The notes under the pieces were generated by a model, which was given only the letters and a program-made list of their open reading frames with translations, searched no databases and was not told the origin of the DNA. A stretch of DNA of 64,000 nucleotides from Podarcis liolepis (taxonomy: Eukaryota). Each line of letters starts with the position of its first letter. Position 1 is the first letter of the stretch. This document shows, piece by piece, positions 1-14,028 of the stretch. The position numbers and the translations under genes were made by a program. The stretch lies in the NCBI GenBank assembly GCA_965112155.1, contig OZ218098.1. One strand, written 5' to 3'.

Positions 1-320
1 AAGTGGTTGTATGGTATTTTGCACCTCGCTCTGATTGGTGAATCTCAGGGTTCAAGCTTCTTCCCCCCACCCCCACCCCCCAAGGTAGGTCCCACAAGCA
101 TGGCCTGTCCACTCTTGTTACAGAGCATTTCTCTTTTGAAAATTAAAATCTTTGCAAATATAGTAATAGATTAAAAATGTGATAGTGGGTGTGACGTGGG
201 TGTGGAGAAAATGAGGGTGGTGAAAATTTAATCCCTAATGCTTTTTTCAGCCTGCCTGTTTTTTAAATAGAATTAAAGACTGAATTGGGTTTTATCCAGT
301 TTCCTGCACTTGGCAACCCT
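1..320. mobile_element. Right end of a degraded hAT-type non-autonomous element
   Basis: Ends in TGGCAACCCT (311-320), the reverse complement of the TAGGGTTGCCA-type TIR also seen at 10945. The left end is not visible. Confidence 0.4.
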
Positions 321-833
321 TGTAAGTTGTAACAGATGAAGTTCTACTGTTCCATTCAATGAGCTTCTTCCCATATCTTTCTTTTCTGATGACTTCTTAA
401 TTCCTTGAGAATTCAACATAGGATTCACATCTGTTCTGTTTGGAGAGAGGTTGAAAGCCCAGTAAAAACGCCCCATTGGGCGTAGAAGTTGTGTGGTACA
501 TAAAAACTCATATGTTGACATTTTGACTTCACATTTGGATGATGTGGTAAAGTGGGAAAAATACCTTTGGCTAAAGGTATACTTATTGTAAAGATAGATC
601 CTGTTGCACTTGAGTAAATTAGTACAATTTTAACATATGAGGGGAAGAAAAGGGTGTAGCATTGCAGAAGTGGCTGTTAAAAGATGACTGTTGTGTATGA
701 AACTGTGGCTGGAGACATGTTTTTTTTCTCCACTTCAAGAAGTTGAAGGTGGCGTGGTGTAAGTATGTATATTTATTCTTTGCTCTGGTAAACATGCTTC
801 AGTCTCAAAAATCTGCAATAGTTGTTCTGTGGG

Positions 834-901
834 ATAATAATAATAATTAATAATAATTAATTTATTTATATCCTGCCCTCCCCAGCCGAAGCCGGGCTCA
901 G
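834..901 (-). mobile_element. Extreme 3' end of an L2-type LINE with (TTA)n tail
   Basis: 862-901 is the reverse complement of 14781-14820 with 2 mismatches in 40 nt, plus the simple-repeat tail. Confidence 0.8.
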
Positions 902-3576
902 CTTAAGTACATGTATATACCAAGTACAGTAATGCATCTAGCATCCTTCCTTTGTCTTTCCTAGAATCTATTGTCTGTCACCAGCCTTAGTCATTCATTC
1001 TACATTATAGAGACAGCTCCTGCAAAATGTTTGTCACTAGGAAAACAGAAACAAATTACTGTTGTCTGAACTTCTGTTCATAGTTATTTTGAATCAATGT
1101 CATCTTTTGGAGATGACTGTGATGAGTCAGAATATTGCACAGCATGAAAAACATAGCAGGTAAACATGGTAGGATCATCAAGCAATTCTACACATTGACT
1201 GATATTGGATTTTCAGATTGGATTTTCAGTAAGATGTTCAGAAAATCTCACAATAGCAAAACACCTAGCAGTTGAATTTTTGTGCATTATAATGTGCATG
1301 TTGCTTCTTTAAATGTTATTCTTCTAGTGAGTATGGTTGTAATTTGCTTTGCTTCATAATACACCATGAGGTCTAAACAGTTAAAACCTATTTATTTATA
1401 AATGAGTATTTCTGAAGCATTATTTAGTAGCCTGAAATAGCGTAATAGTTCCTCTCGCCATATGAAAGCTAGCTTATGGTTAAGCCTTTGTGCCTAGGAG
1501 CCTATAAATTTAATTTGTGGCATGTCACCTCATACAAACAAGGAAAACATCCCTTTTCAGATCAAATGGTATATGTCCTGAAAATCTAGAGGTGGTAAAA
1601 TTTTGGTATTTTTGAATGCTCCCTGGTTCCTCTGACGTGAGTGTTTTACATGGAAGAGCATTCAGGAACACAATCCTTCACTTCAGGCTGCAAGTGATAA
1701 AGTATCAAATTCTACCACCTCAAGTCTACATACCAGAGCTCATAGAATAGCTCTGTCAGTTGAGCATCAAATTTTCTGCTATATATTTTAATGTGCAAAA
1801 GAGCCTTTTTCCCTTTGGCTAATCTGTGAAGCAGCTTCCTGGCAGTCTAGCCTGCTTCCCAGCCCTACTGCTCAAGAATTCAGGGGTTTTGCTGTTTAGG
1901 TTCCAATGCCTAAGCATTGATAAAGACTCGCTTCAGCTGTCATTTTCCTTTATTATGTGACTTCTGAGAGGAGTTCTGTCAATTCACGCTTGTTTCACCT
2001 TCTTTAGTATATTAATGCCCTAGCAGAACCATTAAGGAGAGTGAAATGAAGTAATTGAAATAGTGCTGCCTCTTACTGGGTGTACCTCAGTGCACAATTA
2101 CTGTTCAAAGAGAAGGGCTTTCTCATTCTCTGAAAAGACGAGAAGCCTTTTTTGTGCCACTCATTGTCCATTTGCGAATAGGTAAAACTAGTCTCCATAA
2201 ACATAGTCTACTGTTCAGTTTCTGTCTGATCAGGCCTGTTTTGTTCTGTGCTGACCGAGAGGGGAAGAGTGCCACCTATATGTGCATGTGACACAGCTAA
2301 CAACAGTAAAAGCAACATTTCACAATCCGCTGCTGTTAAGCTGGGGAGGCACTCAGTTGGGCAGCAAGTTCTTTCATTATAGAGAGGTGGGTCTTAATTG
2401 ATGTTTGGCTCCTGAGCCAGTTTTAGAGTGTGTATAGAAGCAAAATGTAATAGAAGTAGTGTTTATGTACCTTATGTACCAGATGTTTCACCTTCTGTAC
2501 ACAGAGATCAAGGGCTGCCAGGAGAAGGATGCAATGACACTTGTGTAGGTCTAGCTGATAGAAACAGGGAGATTTTAGAGCAGCAAAGGAGGAGAAGCTG
2601 TAGCAGTGAAAGCTGTAGGGAACCTAGTCAAGGAAGGAGAAGCACTGGCAAGAGGGACAACTGCTGTAGTCTACTTATGTGAAAGTTGCTTAGAATAAAT
2701 GTGATGCAAAGCCTTTGAATTAGGAGAGTGAAGAAGAGGGCACAGCCCTCCTTTAAAGAAGAATTATTTGGTTTTCAATTCACATTTCTCTCACTCAAAA
2801 GCAATGGCTGTGGTTTCCTCTTTTTTTCCAGCCTTAGGTTTCTATTTATTTTTGTAAATAGAATCTGACGTACTTGTGTGGTGTCCTTTGGTTCTGTGAT
2901 ATGATTGACTGTCCAAATTCAAGATAGCTGTGATAAAAACAAAAGGTTGGTGATTGTAGAGAAGCTAGGAACAGATGGTCATAAACTCCAGCACATGGGG
3001 CAAGTACAATAGGACAATGCAATCATCTCCAGTCTAGAAGATATTGCAATGTGGGTAGGAAGATTGCACGGGCATCGCCATCTTTCCCAAGCACCAAGGG
3101 GAAACATGCCAGATTTCCCAAACTTCTCACTTTACCCCTCACATCTTCTATAACAAATGTAATGTACAGTTCATAGGTTGGTACTACTAGGCAATGCTGG
3201 TGAAATAACCCTGGGATATTTCAGTGAATTAAAATGATGTGAAATTGCACACTTGGTGGCTTTGTGTTTTGGGCCAGCTTCATACATTTAGCTGAATGGT
3301 AATATCCTTCATGTAGTGGGGTGGAGACCACAGTTCCAGGTATGTGCAAGCTGAGACCATGAAAATATGCAATGTGTGGGCTGTTATCCGTGATCCTTCC
3401 ACCCCACTGTAAGAAAACGTGTGTATGAACACATGACCCAGTGGTGATGCCCACTCAAGTGGAATCAGATTTGCACACTCCCAAAGCCTCATTTGCCACC
3501 ATGTGCAGCTAGACTGAATATCTAAGAACATCTAAACTAATTTGATGATTAATGTTGTTTTTCTCTTAATCTGCAG

Positions 3577-3647
3577 GGTGCCCACACTGTAAAAACTCCA
3601 TCCCCCATTTCACAACAGCTGCAGAACTATTTAAAGAAGATCGAAAG
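3577..3647 (+). CDS. PDIA5: PDIA5 internal coding exon (third-last), containing the CPHC thioredoxin active site
   Basis: Acceptor ttttctcttaatctgcAG and donor GTaatc bracket 71 nt translating (W)CPHCKNSIPHFTTAAELFKEDRK. This matches PDIA5/PDIR as recalled (human WCPHCKKVIPHFTATADAFKDDRK). Phase 0 end fits the next exon. Upstream exons lie outside the window. Confidence 0.95.
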
Positions 3648-3819
3648 GTAATCCCATTTTGGATTGTTTCTAAGGTGTTATGTAGAACATCACAGCCATC
3701 CTTTTCTGCTAACAACTTTTATCCAGGTTTTAAAATGGTGAAATGCTGGGCTTGTGCTTTAAAGCAGTGACAAAACAACTGAATAAATTAATCTGTCATC
3801 TAAAGCGAAGGCAGTGAGC

Positions 3820-3957
3820 CAGGGGTGGATAACCTGTGGCCCTCCAGATGTTGATGGGCTCCAACTTCCATCAGCCCCAGCCAAAATATGCAGTGGTCAG
3901 GGATGATGGGAGTTATCATCCAGCAACATCTGGAGGGCCATAGGTTCCCCATCCCTG
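3820..3957. mobile_element. 138-bp palindromic hAT-type MITE
   Basis: Long imperfect inverted arms (CAGGGGTGGATAACCTGTGGCCCTCCAGATGTTG / CAACATCTGGAGGGCCATAGGTTCCCCATCCCTG) and an 8-bp TSD cagtgagc/cagtaagc. Confidence 0.85.
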
Positions 3958-5450
3958 CAGTAAGCTAACAAATTCCACTCATTTCTCCTAATTTGTTGCT
4001 TAAATAAATGTGGTTTGGTTCATGTTACTCTCCCATGATATACTACTTTTTCTCTCTCTCTTCAGTCTCAACTTGAGACACACAGTTCATTTCAAACTCA
4101 AAAGGCCAAGATTCAAAGAAGGGAAATACGACACCTGAGAAACTCTGGAGCTTCACTTCCTGCTGTTAGTGCAGCTGATCCTGCTGCTGAAAGAGACCAC
4201 CTGCTTTTCAGGTTGTCCTTATTAATCAGTGGACCTTCCATGGCTTGATGCAGAATTGGCTCAACATGTACAGACTTTCTCAGATAACTCTTCAGGATGG
4301 GGGGAATCTCACTCTCCACCCAAAAAACCCCTGTCTTCTACCACATAATTCAGTGCCTTATTCATTGGCCCTGCTAACTTAAGTTTCGAGAGAGAGGTAA
4401 AAGGCCTCCAGGCGTTCATTTTAGAGCTCAGATAACCCTGATCAAGATTGTGGATGCTCCCCATCCTGACTGAGCAGCTGCTTATACGCCTTCTATTAAG
4501 CCCTCTAATTTTAGTTTTTAGCTATTCTTTTACTACCTTATAGGGTAGTAACAACTTTGTTTGTTGATCATGTAACTAGAAGTTTTACTGAGGCCAGTAA
4601 AAAAACCCCAAACCCACTCAGGTAAACTTTGCAAAGAGTTGTTTAAAAGGGCAGGACTTATTTAAAAGGAACAAAAAAAAGGTTGCGAGGAAGTACTCTA
4701 GCAGGTACACTTTCCTTCCCCAAGACTTTATATTAAATGCATATTAGATGCATAGCATTTTGCTACCAGAGATAGGAGCTGAACTAGAGCAGGTCTCATA
4801 ACTGCAGCCTTATAGGCTGAGAGAAGGAACTGGGCATCACAGCTTACCCCTTCAGTAGCAAGAAACGCAAAGAACAAGTTGCAGTGAATTCACTTCTCTC
4901 CTACTTTTCATGAGGTTCTTTAGGAGGAATAATGCTGCTCCCAAGATGCAACTCCCTGTCTATGGGCTGTGCCTCAGAAAGCATGATTCCTAGTTGTGCT
5001 GCAGAGCCAACACCTCCTCACACAAATAATAGTGGGCAGGGGGCACCTGGAAATGATTTCTTCGGCCTGGGGAGTCAAGTGTTAAGTTTATGAACCCAGA
5101 GAGAACATTTGGATAGATGGGTGGGTGGATGGATTGGACTCCTGTGAAAGGCTCGTTACTATCTGAGGACGGGAAGAGAGAGGGAGAAAACGGATTGTTT
5201 TAATTGATATATTGAAAAAATGAAACATGGCTGACTTACTTTTTAAAGAATGTTTTGACTGGCTGATATTTACTTTATGGGTCTGCTTCTTGACTAAGAT
5301 ACTGTAGAATGAATAAATGAATAAGGTCCTGACCCTTTTAGTGTGCACCCAGCTTCCCCCTGCCCACACCATCAGTGCTAAGCAATGCATCTACTGCATC
5401 TTTATTAATGAATGAGGGAATCCTTGAAGCAATTTCTAAATAAACAAAAC

Positions 5451-5530
5451 CATTTATTCCTTCAAATAAAGCCTTCCACACATGAGATGCCATTTATTCC
5501 TTCAAATAAAGCCTTCCACACATGAGATGC
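5451..5530. repeat. Perfect 2 x 40-bp tandem duplication
   Basis: CATTTATTCCTTCAAATAAAGCCTTCCACACATGAGATGC occurs twice, head to tail, identical. Confidence 0.95.
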
Positions 5531-6827
5531 TATTCCCCCCATGGCTGCTGTGTGTGTTTGTGTGTGAATACCACAAACTTGGGAGAGGGAATTATGTGGG
5601 TCATTATCAACCAATGAGATCCCTGCCAGGATGTCTGTGTGCTTAATATCAAAGAATGCTGCTAAACAGATGGGTGAAATTCCACATGCTCAATCCTTCC
5701 GCTGGGTAAAATGTCTGATTGTTCAAAAACTGCTGAAGATTGAGAGAGGGTCTTTTAGCCCTCGAGACGATGATTGATGGATGGAACCCTTATTTCAGCC
5801 AGTGGTAGTTAACAGCTAAAGTGCCATGGTATAAAATTTAATGAGGTGGAACCAAAGTTCAAATTGAGAATATTGAGTTTGGTGGGGGTTCCTCAAGGCC
5901 AGGCACACAGGGAAAACAGCTTTGTTTTTCCCCCTCTTGACTTTTCAAGGTGGTAGAGATTGATAATTTTGGACTCCTCCTTCAATCATACACAATCCAA
6001 TTCTGCTGAAGTACTTCTTGTGGTCTGCTAATGTCCTTAATGGATAATTTACAGAGGCTGTAGCACAGCACAGGAATGCAAGTGCTAGATAATTTCTTTG
6101 CAGCTACTTCTTTTTTTAACAATTATTTTGTAAAGTTTACACAAGTGTCTTTGCGGACTGATTTCTCTGTAGTTCACTACAGAGAAAGTGAACAGGGCTC
6201 CAAAATAACTGCTCTAAAACCCAGTAAGGTTTAATTTAAAAGAAGAAGAACAAAAGGCTAGACTTTCAGTAGCTTGTTTTCTTTGATATTTCATATCTGT
6301 GAACTTTTACTCTTCCTGCAGTATTTCAGAGGAGGTTTTTCTTTCTGTCTAAGGATGTTTTCCTATTTATGGTTTCAAATGATGACACCAGGTCAGAGCT
6401 TTCATATCACTCACATCAGTAGAGAATGCATTTTAGTGGAGGCATTTTGCATAAGGATTATCTAGTGATGAAATCAATTCTGTTCCTGCAGAAGGCAAGA
6501 TGGATCCGTGCCCCAACCTTGCTGGATTCTTTCAGCAATCAGCTATCATTTGGCTCTTTCCCTCCCTGAACTGTTTCCATCCAAGCTGATCATTTTTAAG
6601 AACTGCCATGTAGCTTTGATAATTTGGGCTTGTTTGCTGCTCCCACCTCCCACCTCCCTTTTTGCAACGTATCTTCTAAATTGTCATCCTGTGGGGAGGG
6701 ACTGTCAGTGTGTACAGCACTTGGCAAATTCATGCTCTTTATTATTTATTAATTTTAACAACCAAAAATTTGAATTAGTTCTAAGTGTTCCAAACTCAAG
6801 ATGCCATTGTAAAATGTTTTCTGTATA

Positions 6828-7051
6828 CAGTGGTACCTCTGGTTACGATCATAATTCGTTCCGGAGGTCCGTTCTTAAGCTGAAACCGTTCTTATCCTGA
6901 GGCATGCTTTTGCTAATGGTGCCTCTGGCGCGCAACTTCCGCTCGCATCCTGGGGCAAAGTTTGCAACCAGGAGCAACTACTTCCGGGTTAGCGGAGCTC
7001 GTAACCCGAAGCGTGCATAACCAGAAGCGTTCGTAACCAGAGGTACCACTG
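6828..7051. mobile_element. Tc1/mariner-type MITE (224 bp)
   Basis: 21-bp perfect TIR CAGTGGTACCTCTGGTTACGA. TA on the left, TG on the right. Same family as 27599-27823. Confidence 0.88.
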
Positions 7052-10000
7052 TGTACATAAGCATGTGTTGGAAAGATGCATGTCTTATACAGATACAGAA
7101 GAAGCCGGCTCATTAGGGTGAATGGCCACTGCCCTATTAACCTTCATGTACCCTCAAGCAGCTTTCTTTCTTTCTTAAAACCAGTCATGGGGTGTCTGTG
7201 CCTGCCACTGGCTCTGGCTCCACCTACTACTTGGTTTCCCTGTCTTCAGCTTTACAGATCCAATGGGCACCAGCCATCATAGTACAGATCATACGTCATA
7301 GTACTCTCTAGTGAGACTGAATTAGGTTTGGTTCCCTGAAGTTGGTGACAACCATGAGTTTTGTCACAGCCATGTTATATATTAAACAGCCCTCACAGTC
7401 AAGTGTGGGTTGATCTCCTGGAAATCCCCTTGTGCCTTCTACCAGGTCCCTGCAAATCCCAAGACGTATCGAGGCTCCACGGTTAGCTTGGCCAAGAAGC
7501 ACTGTATTTATGATGTATAATACTTAACAGAAATAAAGCAACAGCACAGTCATTGTCAGGGAACAGAAGATTTGCAATACGCCCCATGCAGAACCCAACC
7601 TTTAAGTCATTTGGCAACAACATCCTTTTCTGTGTAAGCAGAGATTTGTCATCTTTAGTTGACTACTTTCTAAGCTATTCTTTTCCCGACTGAAATGTTA
7701 TCCTTTTTAAAAGAACACTTAGGAAGGGGGGAGAAATTAAAAACCTGCCCTTTTTCATTCCTTTCCAAAATCAATGTTCAGTTAGTTATTCACTTCCATT
7801 TTCATAACAAAAGTCAATATTTGCTCCTGCAGAGATTTATTTCCTTGAATCAATAAGCTGATGTGTGGTGGTACATATTTTAATGGGAGAAAGGCCAAGT
7901 GCTCCTGCAGGAGACTTCTATTATTACAGGCTCCTGTGGTAGCTAGAAAGCCAGTCCGTGAAAAGAGGGGGGAAAGGCTGGACAGAGGTGGGTGGGTGGG
8001 TGTGGGTATGGGTGTAAACCAGAGGCACTTCAAGGTTTGAGACTGCACCGAGCCAGGGGTCCTCTGCAAAAGGGCCTACACTGCTCTGGTCATTTTTCCC
8101 TGGCCCACTGCTTTCTCCTACCTCCACTTCTATGATGGTGTCCCCCTTTCTGCTGCCTCACATTTTAAACCTTTTGGTCAGCAGGGCCGTTCTTATCTGC
8201 TGCTGCTACTCCGCTTGTGTTTTCTTAAAAAACCTTTTTGACCAACCAAGTGGCTAGTGCTGTGTATCACTTTACTGGCTGAACTTCCAGCAGCCTGCCA
8301 TTTGCAGCTGGAGGTTGATGAGCTACTGGAACCTGGGTTGCACAGTGATTTGCTTCATAAGGCACAGTGCAGTTTCCTCCTCCGCCCACAATCAACTGCT
8401 CCTCACTTTATAGTGTCATCTGGGGAGTGGAGAGCGTAGCGTGTTTTTGCTCAGTTACCCACCCAAGTACAGGGACTGTGGGGGCCTGAACTTTGGCCCT
8501 GAAGTCTGCATGTAATGGAGTCATTTAAGCGAAGTGAAGCTGAGTATGTAGTTAATTCTTTGCCGTTTGCTCATTTGAGTTCGAATAATCACTAGCAGAG
8601 GCTTGCTCGAATTGCTAGACCAGGAAGGAAATCTGGTTGAAGAGTCGAGGTGTAAAACCCTGCGACTAAAGATGTAAGACAAAAAGAAATATTGATTATA
8701 CTGTACTGTATAATATCTCTTTTTTAAAGTGCTGAAGATGAGTACTCCTCAGGATTGACAAGCCGTTGTAATAACACACTGACCCATTTCTGAGATCACA
8801 CATGACCCCATTAGACTCCTGGCTACTACCCAATTCTGACTTCATGGCAGAGGCCACCACCCATGGATAGGTGCCGTGTGCAACTTCCCTCTTTCAAAAA
8901 AATACTCCAGGTGTTCTGTTGAACAATTCTGAAAAGGAAATAGCACTGCACAGGAGTTAAAAAACAACAACCCTAAAGCTAGTCTATATTTATTTGTAAT
9001 TTCTAACACACTCAAAATCACTTTTAAATTTTGCATTTACCTTGTATTATCATTTCATTCCATGCTCCTCCACATTTTTACTCCAACACACCTTCAGAAG
9101 ACAACTGATTTATACATAGTTGGCTGTGGGATGGTCAAACTATAAAACTGAATGCTAAAATCTGGTGGGGAATCTGACAGGCAAGGATTTCGTAAGGATT
9201 CCTTAAAAAGGGAGGGAATAATTGCAACGTGTTGACGGATCTGACCGCTTTAACTTGCTTTATTATGATGTACCAAGCAAGTGATGACCATAGAGTTGCA
9301 GTAAGGCCAGAACTGAATAGTTTTGGCAACTATGAGGCCTCACCCCCATTCCACTTCATTGGTAGCTGTTTTCAGGGTTAAGGAAAGATGGATTATGACC
9401 ATGTCATATCATACAATTACTAGAGCCCTATTCAGGGATCCAGTCTTGTGTGTAAAACAAAACATGAGAATAAGGGTTGATGTGTTGCCAAGACTAACCC
9501 ACTCTCTCAATAGTTTTGAGCCCTCCACAAGTATGAAGACAGGTTTGACATGAGGAGAAATGTCTACATGAGGCTCCCCACACTATTTTGAACCCTGAAC
9601 AATCAGGATTATTAATCTTGTGGCTAAGGTCCATGAGTACAAGAGGCTGCCTCCCTCAGGCCCTTGCCCTCACACTTGTGTAGAGTTGACATGCCAGAGA
9701 GGGTGGGGCTTGGCAGAACACCTAATTTCTCTTCACATGCTTGTTTGCAAGTGAGGGGATTCAGCACCCAAATCAGGTTTATATTATCAGAGAAAGTGGG
9801 GGGTATAAAGTGGCTGCTTTTGACAGAAGACATAAATGTAATAAAATAGCTAGTTCTGGCCTCAGACTCAAATGTATATTGCCACTTGGAATACAGATTG
9901 AGTGTTTTAACCGCCAGTTATATCAGCTGTCAGTGATACAAGGGATCATGTAGATACAAGTGCATTTAAATAATATGAAGCACTCAGATACTATAACAAC

Positions 10001-10450
10001 ACGGGCCAAAGACGTCTCACAGTTGCATCTATAAATCACTCTAGAACAGAAAGCTGTGTTTTACTGCTCTCCTGGAATATGTTTCGCTTGAAGAAGTCAT
10101 GATATGAATAGTGCTGAAAATGGTTCTCCAACTTATTCTTGCAAATCCCACAGAGGCAGGGACTTACTAGCTGCAATTTTCAGATAAGGCACTGAGGAAC
10201 TGACAGTTTAATGTTCACATTTCAAGAAACTCAACATCTCCTTTTGAATCTAACAACGTGAATGACGATGGGTTTTTTTTTAGAAGCTACAATAAACCAT
10301 CTATTTTGAACACAAAGAAGTGGGCAATCTTTTTGATTTTTTTTTTAAAAAACACAGCATAGCTGGTTTGCTTTAATTCTTACCACAGCAGCTACTGTTC
10401 AAATTATATCAGCCATTGGTTCTAATCCAAGGCCCAGGTATAAACAGTGT

Positions 10451-10457
10451 ACACACA

Positions 10458-10506
<49 letters not shown>
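10451..10506. repeat. (CA)n microsatellite
   Basis: About 28 dinucleotide units with one interruption. Confidence 0.95.
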
Positions 10507-10508
<2 letters not shown>

Positions 10509-10944
10509 AGGGAGGGGATTCCCCAGTCTCTTCACTGTCATTACACATGTATAGTGTCTTCAGTGATGAAAATGAATGGAGAAGCCCCTAGAGCACCTTC
10601 TGTGGATAAAAGTAGTAGTCTTAAATTTTCAGTGCTCTTCAGTTGGTTTATTTCCACTTAAGAGTTCCACAAAAAAGAAAAAGTATACTTGTCACTTCTC
10701 CCGCGACAGCTTTATTCATACAAGGTGCCCATCCCTGATTTTCACCAATTCCCCCATCCCACTGATGCGCCTATATCACAACCCATGTCTTTCCTGAGTG
10801 CTTCATATTATTTAAATTAAAACTGGAAATTGTAGAAGGCACAAAAAGTATATATTTCCCACACAAGGGGACTTTTCGGCGGGGACAGGGCAGAAGCTGC
10901 ATAAATCCCCATTTGTTGTGCAAAGTTTTAAGAGTCCAGATTCA

Positions 10945-11185
10945 TAGGATTGCCATATTTCAAAGAGTAAAAACCAGGACACCCCAAGCTTCTTTTTAGG
11001 AAAATCTGAAAGTTGTTGAGCCCCCCCCCCCCAAAAAAACCTCCAGAAAACCCAAAAATGTTCAGTTTACTTGACTTGAGAGCCATGACATACCAATGCC
11101 TTCCAGAAATGCCCCCCCCCCGACGTCACTTCCGCTTTTGAAATCCCGGTATTGTTCAGGTAATTCCAGACATATGGCAGCCTTA
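10945..11185. mobile_element. hAT-type MITE
   Basis: Imperfect TIRs TAGGATTGCCATAT / ATATGGCAGCCTTA. No clean TSD. Confidence 0.65.
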
Positions 11186-11910
11186 GTTTTATAAATAAAG
11201 CACTGCTAGGAGTTGCTTCTTTTCATTTTCCAATGTCATTTTTCCCCCTTAAAAAAGTCTTTTTTTAAAAAAAATGCTGAATTTGTTTACTCCTCACTTT
11301 ATCATTTATTCTTCCATCAAGGCCATAAAAACTATGAGGGAAATTTATTTCTGTTTCACCCCTGAATTGGTAACCCAAAAGAAACCTATTTCTGTGGAAA
11401 TATTGCTGACATCTGACTGCCTTGAAGGCAAACAAATGTGTATATATTTGCAGCCAGTTCCTCTTTCCATTGGCCTTCTGGGATACCGATTGTGAAAAAT
11501 ATTTATTCATTTTCTATTTAATATATATTCAGTGGGGAGCAGGGGAAACAAAAGCTGCTAATGTAAAATCAAATGATTTTAATCCACTTAATATGGTGAC
11601 GCTTTGCTGTTGTTGATTAACACCTCCCAATTATCAGGGGAATAGCAAAGCAGTTGGAGTAAGATTCGTAAAGTCCCTATACAAATAAATGGTTTGATGT
11701 TTCCAGGCCACTTTAACATCATCACAACCAGACTATGCACTTGTACAATACAAGATCTCAGAGTGGCAAAATTCACAGGTCTTGGAGGTGCATACTTCCT
11801 TCTCTTTTGCATCTCACCCTTGATTTCTTGATTTTTATGAAAAGTTAGCAGAACATTTCTTCCCAAGGACGTTGCTGGAGAGGGATTTATTATTTTTCAT
11901 ATGGTAAACA

Positions 11911-11918
11911 AATAAATA

Positions 11919-11960
<42 letters not shown>
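11911..11960. repeat. (TAA)n microsatellite
   Basis: Directly visible. Confidence 0.9.
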
Positions 11961-11962
<2 letters not shown>

Positions 11963-13009
11963 ATTTCAAAGAAACTTCTCATTTAGACAATAAAGGCTAT
12001 AGGCAGTGCAGATAATGTTTTTATTTTTGCAACCAATGTTACAAAAGCCATATTGAAATCAGAGTATGTTTCAAATTTACGTTCTTTTTCAGGGGAGTTG
12101 TGAAATTATAATAAAAAAACCTGCTAAACAGCCAGAAAATCATCTGCTGATAAAACATCTAACCACCACTGTGATAAAGCATCAAGAAAAATATACACAT
12201 GAAAATATATGGCATGAATGCAAGTTATCAAAAGTTTCAATGAAAAGTAATTATTAATAATTGTTTACACCTATATGTCCATTGCCGGGGGGGGGGGGGG
12301 ACTAAACACACAAAAATGTTTAAAATGTGAAATTTGTTTCCAGTTGCATGCCATTTTCCTCCCCTCCCCCAATTCAATTTAGCTATTCATTGTCCAAAAC
12401 ACCTTTTTCTATAAAGAACAAAGTTTTCTAACCAATAGGCAAAAAAAGAAGATTTCATTTGAGCCAGAGCACGTCACAAATTATCCCTAACCACTGCTGC
12501 TACCTGATTAACCAGGGGGTAAATTCAGAAGCATCTGTATGGTAAAATCATGCATTAATGAGTACTTCATTCATCGCTACATACCTTAGACCACTTCCTC
12601 TCCTTTTGTACCATCGTGCAATTAACCAAGAACAGCTTTCTGACGGTATTATTCGTGTGCTCAGTTTGAAGAGCAAGACGGAAAACTCTTTCCCTAGAGG
12701 TCTGTGAAATTCCAGGGCTGAATGCTTTCAGAAGAACTGTAAAAAATTCTTTTCAGGTTGGCGTTCAACAACTAGGGTTGAACAGGCATCTGATAAAATG
12801 TAATTGGGTATTTTGTCAATATACTCCTCTTTTTCTTTTTAGCTGCTGATACTTGCTAAAGGACCTTGAGAAGGAATAGGATAGAAAATGATCTAAATAA
12901 ATAATATTTAGATCGCCTTGCCCCATATAGGTCTACTCAATCAGCAGAACTGGCACGGTTACAGGTGCTGCATAATATTCATTCCACATTTGGAATAAAT
13001 CAGTCTTTT

Positions 13010-13255
13010 AGTGTGGAATGCCCTGCCTATTGACATCAGACAGGCACATTCATTGTATTTTTCCCAGTTCTTGCTAAAAACATTTTCCAGATATGTAGAA
13101 TGTTTGCATGTGTTTTAATCTGTTTTTAGCTTATCACTGATTTTAATTTTATTTGAATTTTAAAATAGTTGTTTCTACTGATAATTGCATTCCTTTTGTA
13201 AACCACCTTGTGTTTTTTGAGGGTGTTTTTTACAATCAAGCAGTATATAAATTTA
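13010..13255 (+). mobile_element. Degraded L2-type LINE 3' fragment
   Basis: TGGAATGCCCTGCCT (W-N-A-L-P motif), then a T-rich 3'UTR and a TGTAAACCACCTTG...GTATATAAAT end. Confidence 0.6.
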
Positions 13256-13870
13256 GGCAGTATATAGCTTACAAACTTTTCTCAAATTAAAAGAGAGTGA
13301 GAATCTTAAGCATTAAATCGTAACATAAAGAAGCAAATAACTATTTTGAGGAAATGATGCAATGGCTCAGAAACACTAGGAGTCTCTTTTTTAATGCAAA
13401 GCTCACTTCTGGGTTTTAATATTTGTGCACTAAATCTTGGCTGTACCACTTGTAAATTTTGACCTGGGTATTTTTGCTTACTCACACATCTGTGTTACCT
13501 GTGAGATGGCCAAGGGTGAATTCAAGTGACTGTAAAGTCAGCAGTGGCCGCTTAAAAACTGCTGGGTGATGGCTCTAATTGCATGATGAAATGCAATTAT
13601 TTGTCACATCTGGTTACATGAAACCCAGCATCACTGCTTCCCTGTTGTGGGATCTTAGCAAAACTGGTTGACTTTTCCATGTGGAAAGTTGCTAAATGGG
13701 TGTTAAATGATGTTTGGATCCACCATGAAGTGCTGTGTGAAATAGAAATAGATTAAAATTGAGTTGCTTTCAGTGATGCAGCCTAGAATTCCAAGGCCAG
13801 CTTCAATGCATGTGAAGTACAAACCTAAATTGGCTTTTAAAAAACGGGACCTAATGATGTGAATTATAGT

Positions 13871-14028
13871 CAGTGCTCTTTCTTTTCTTTTTTTAATAGA
13901 AAAATGGTTCTGGAACTCACCATAAAGTTGTTATAATAAGTGCCACACTTTTAACATTTGTGGAGGTGGGGTGTGTGTGAAAGTGCTGGTACTGTGTACC
14001 CTTGAGTACCCCCAGAAAAAAAGGACTG
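13871..14028. mobile_element. hAT-type MITE
   Basis: TIRs CAGTGCTCTTT / AAAAAGGACTG with an 8-bp TSD attatagt/attacagt. Confidence 0.75.
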
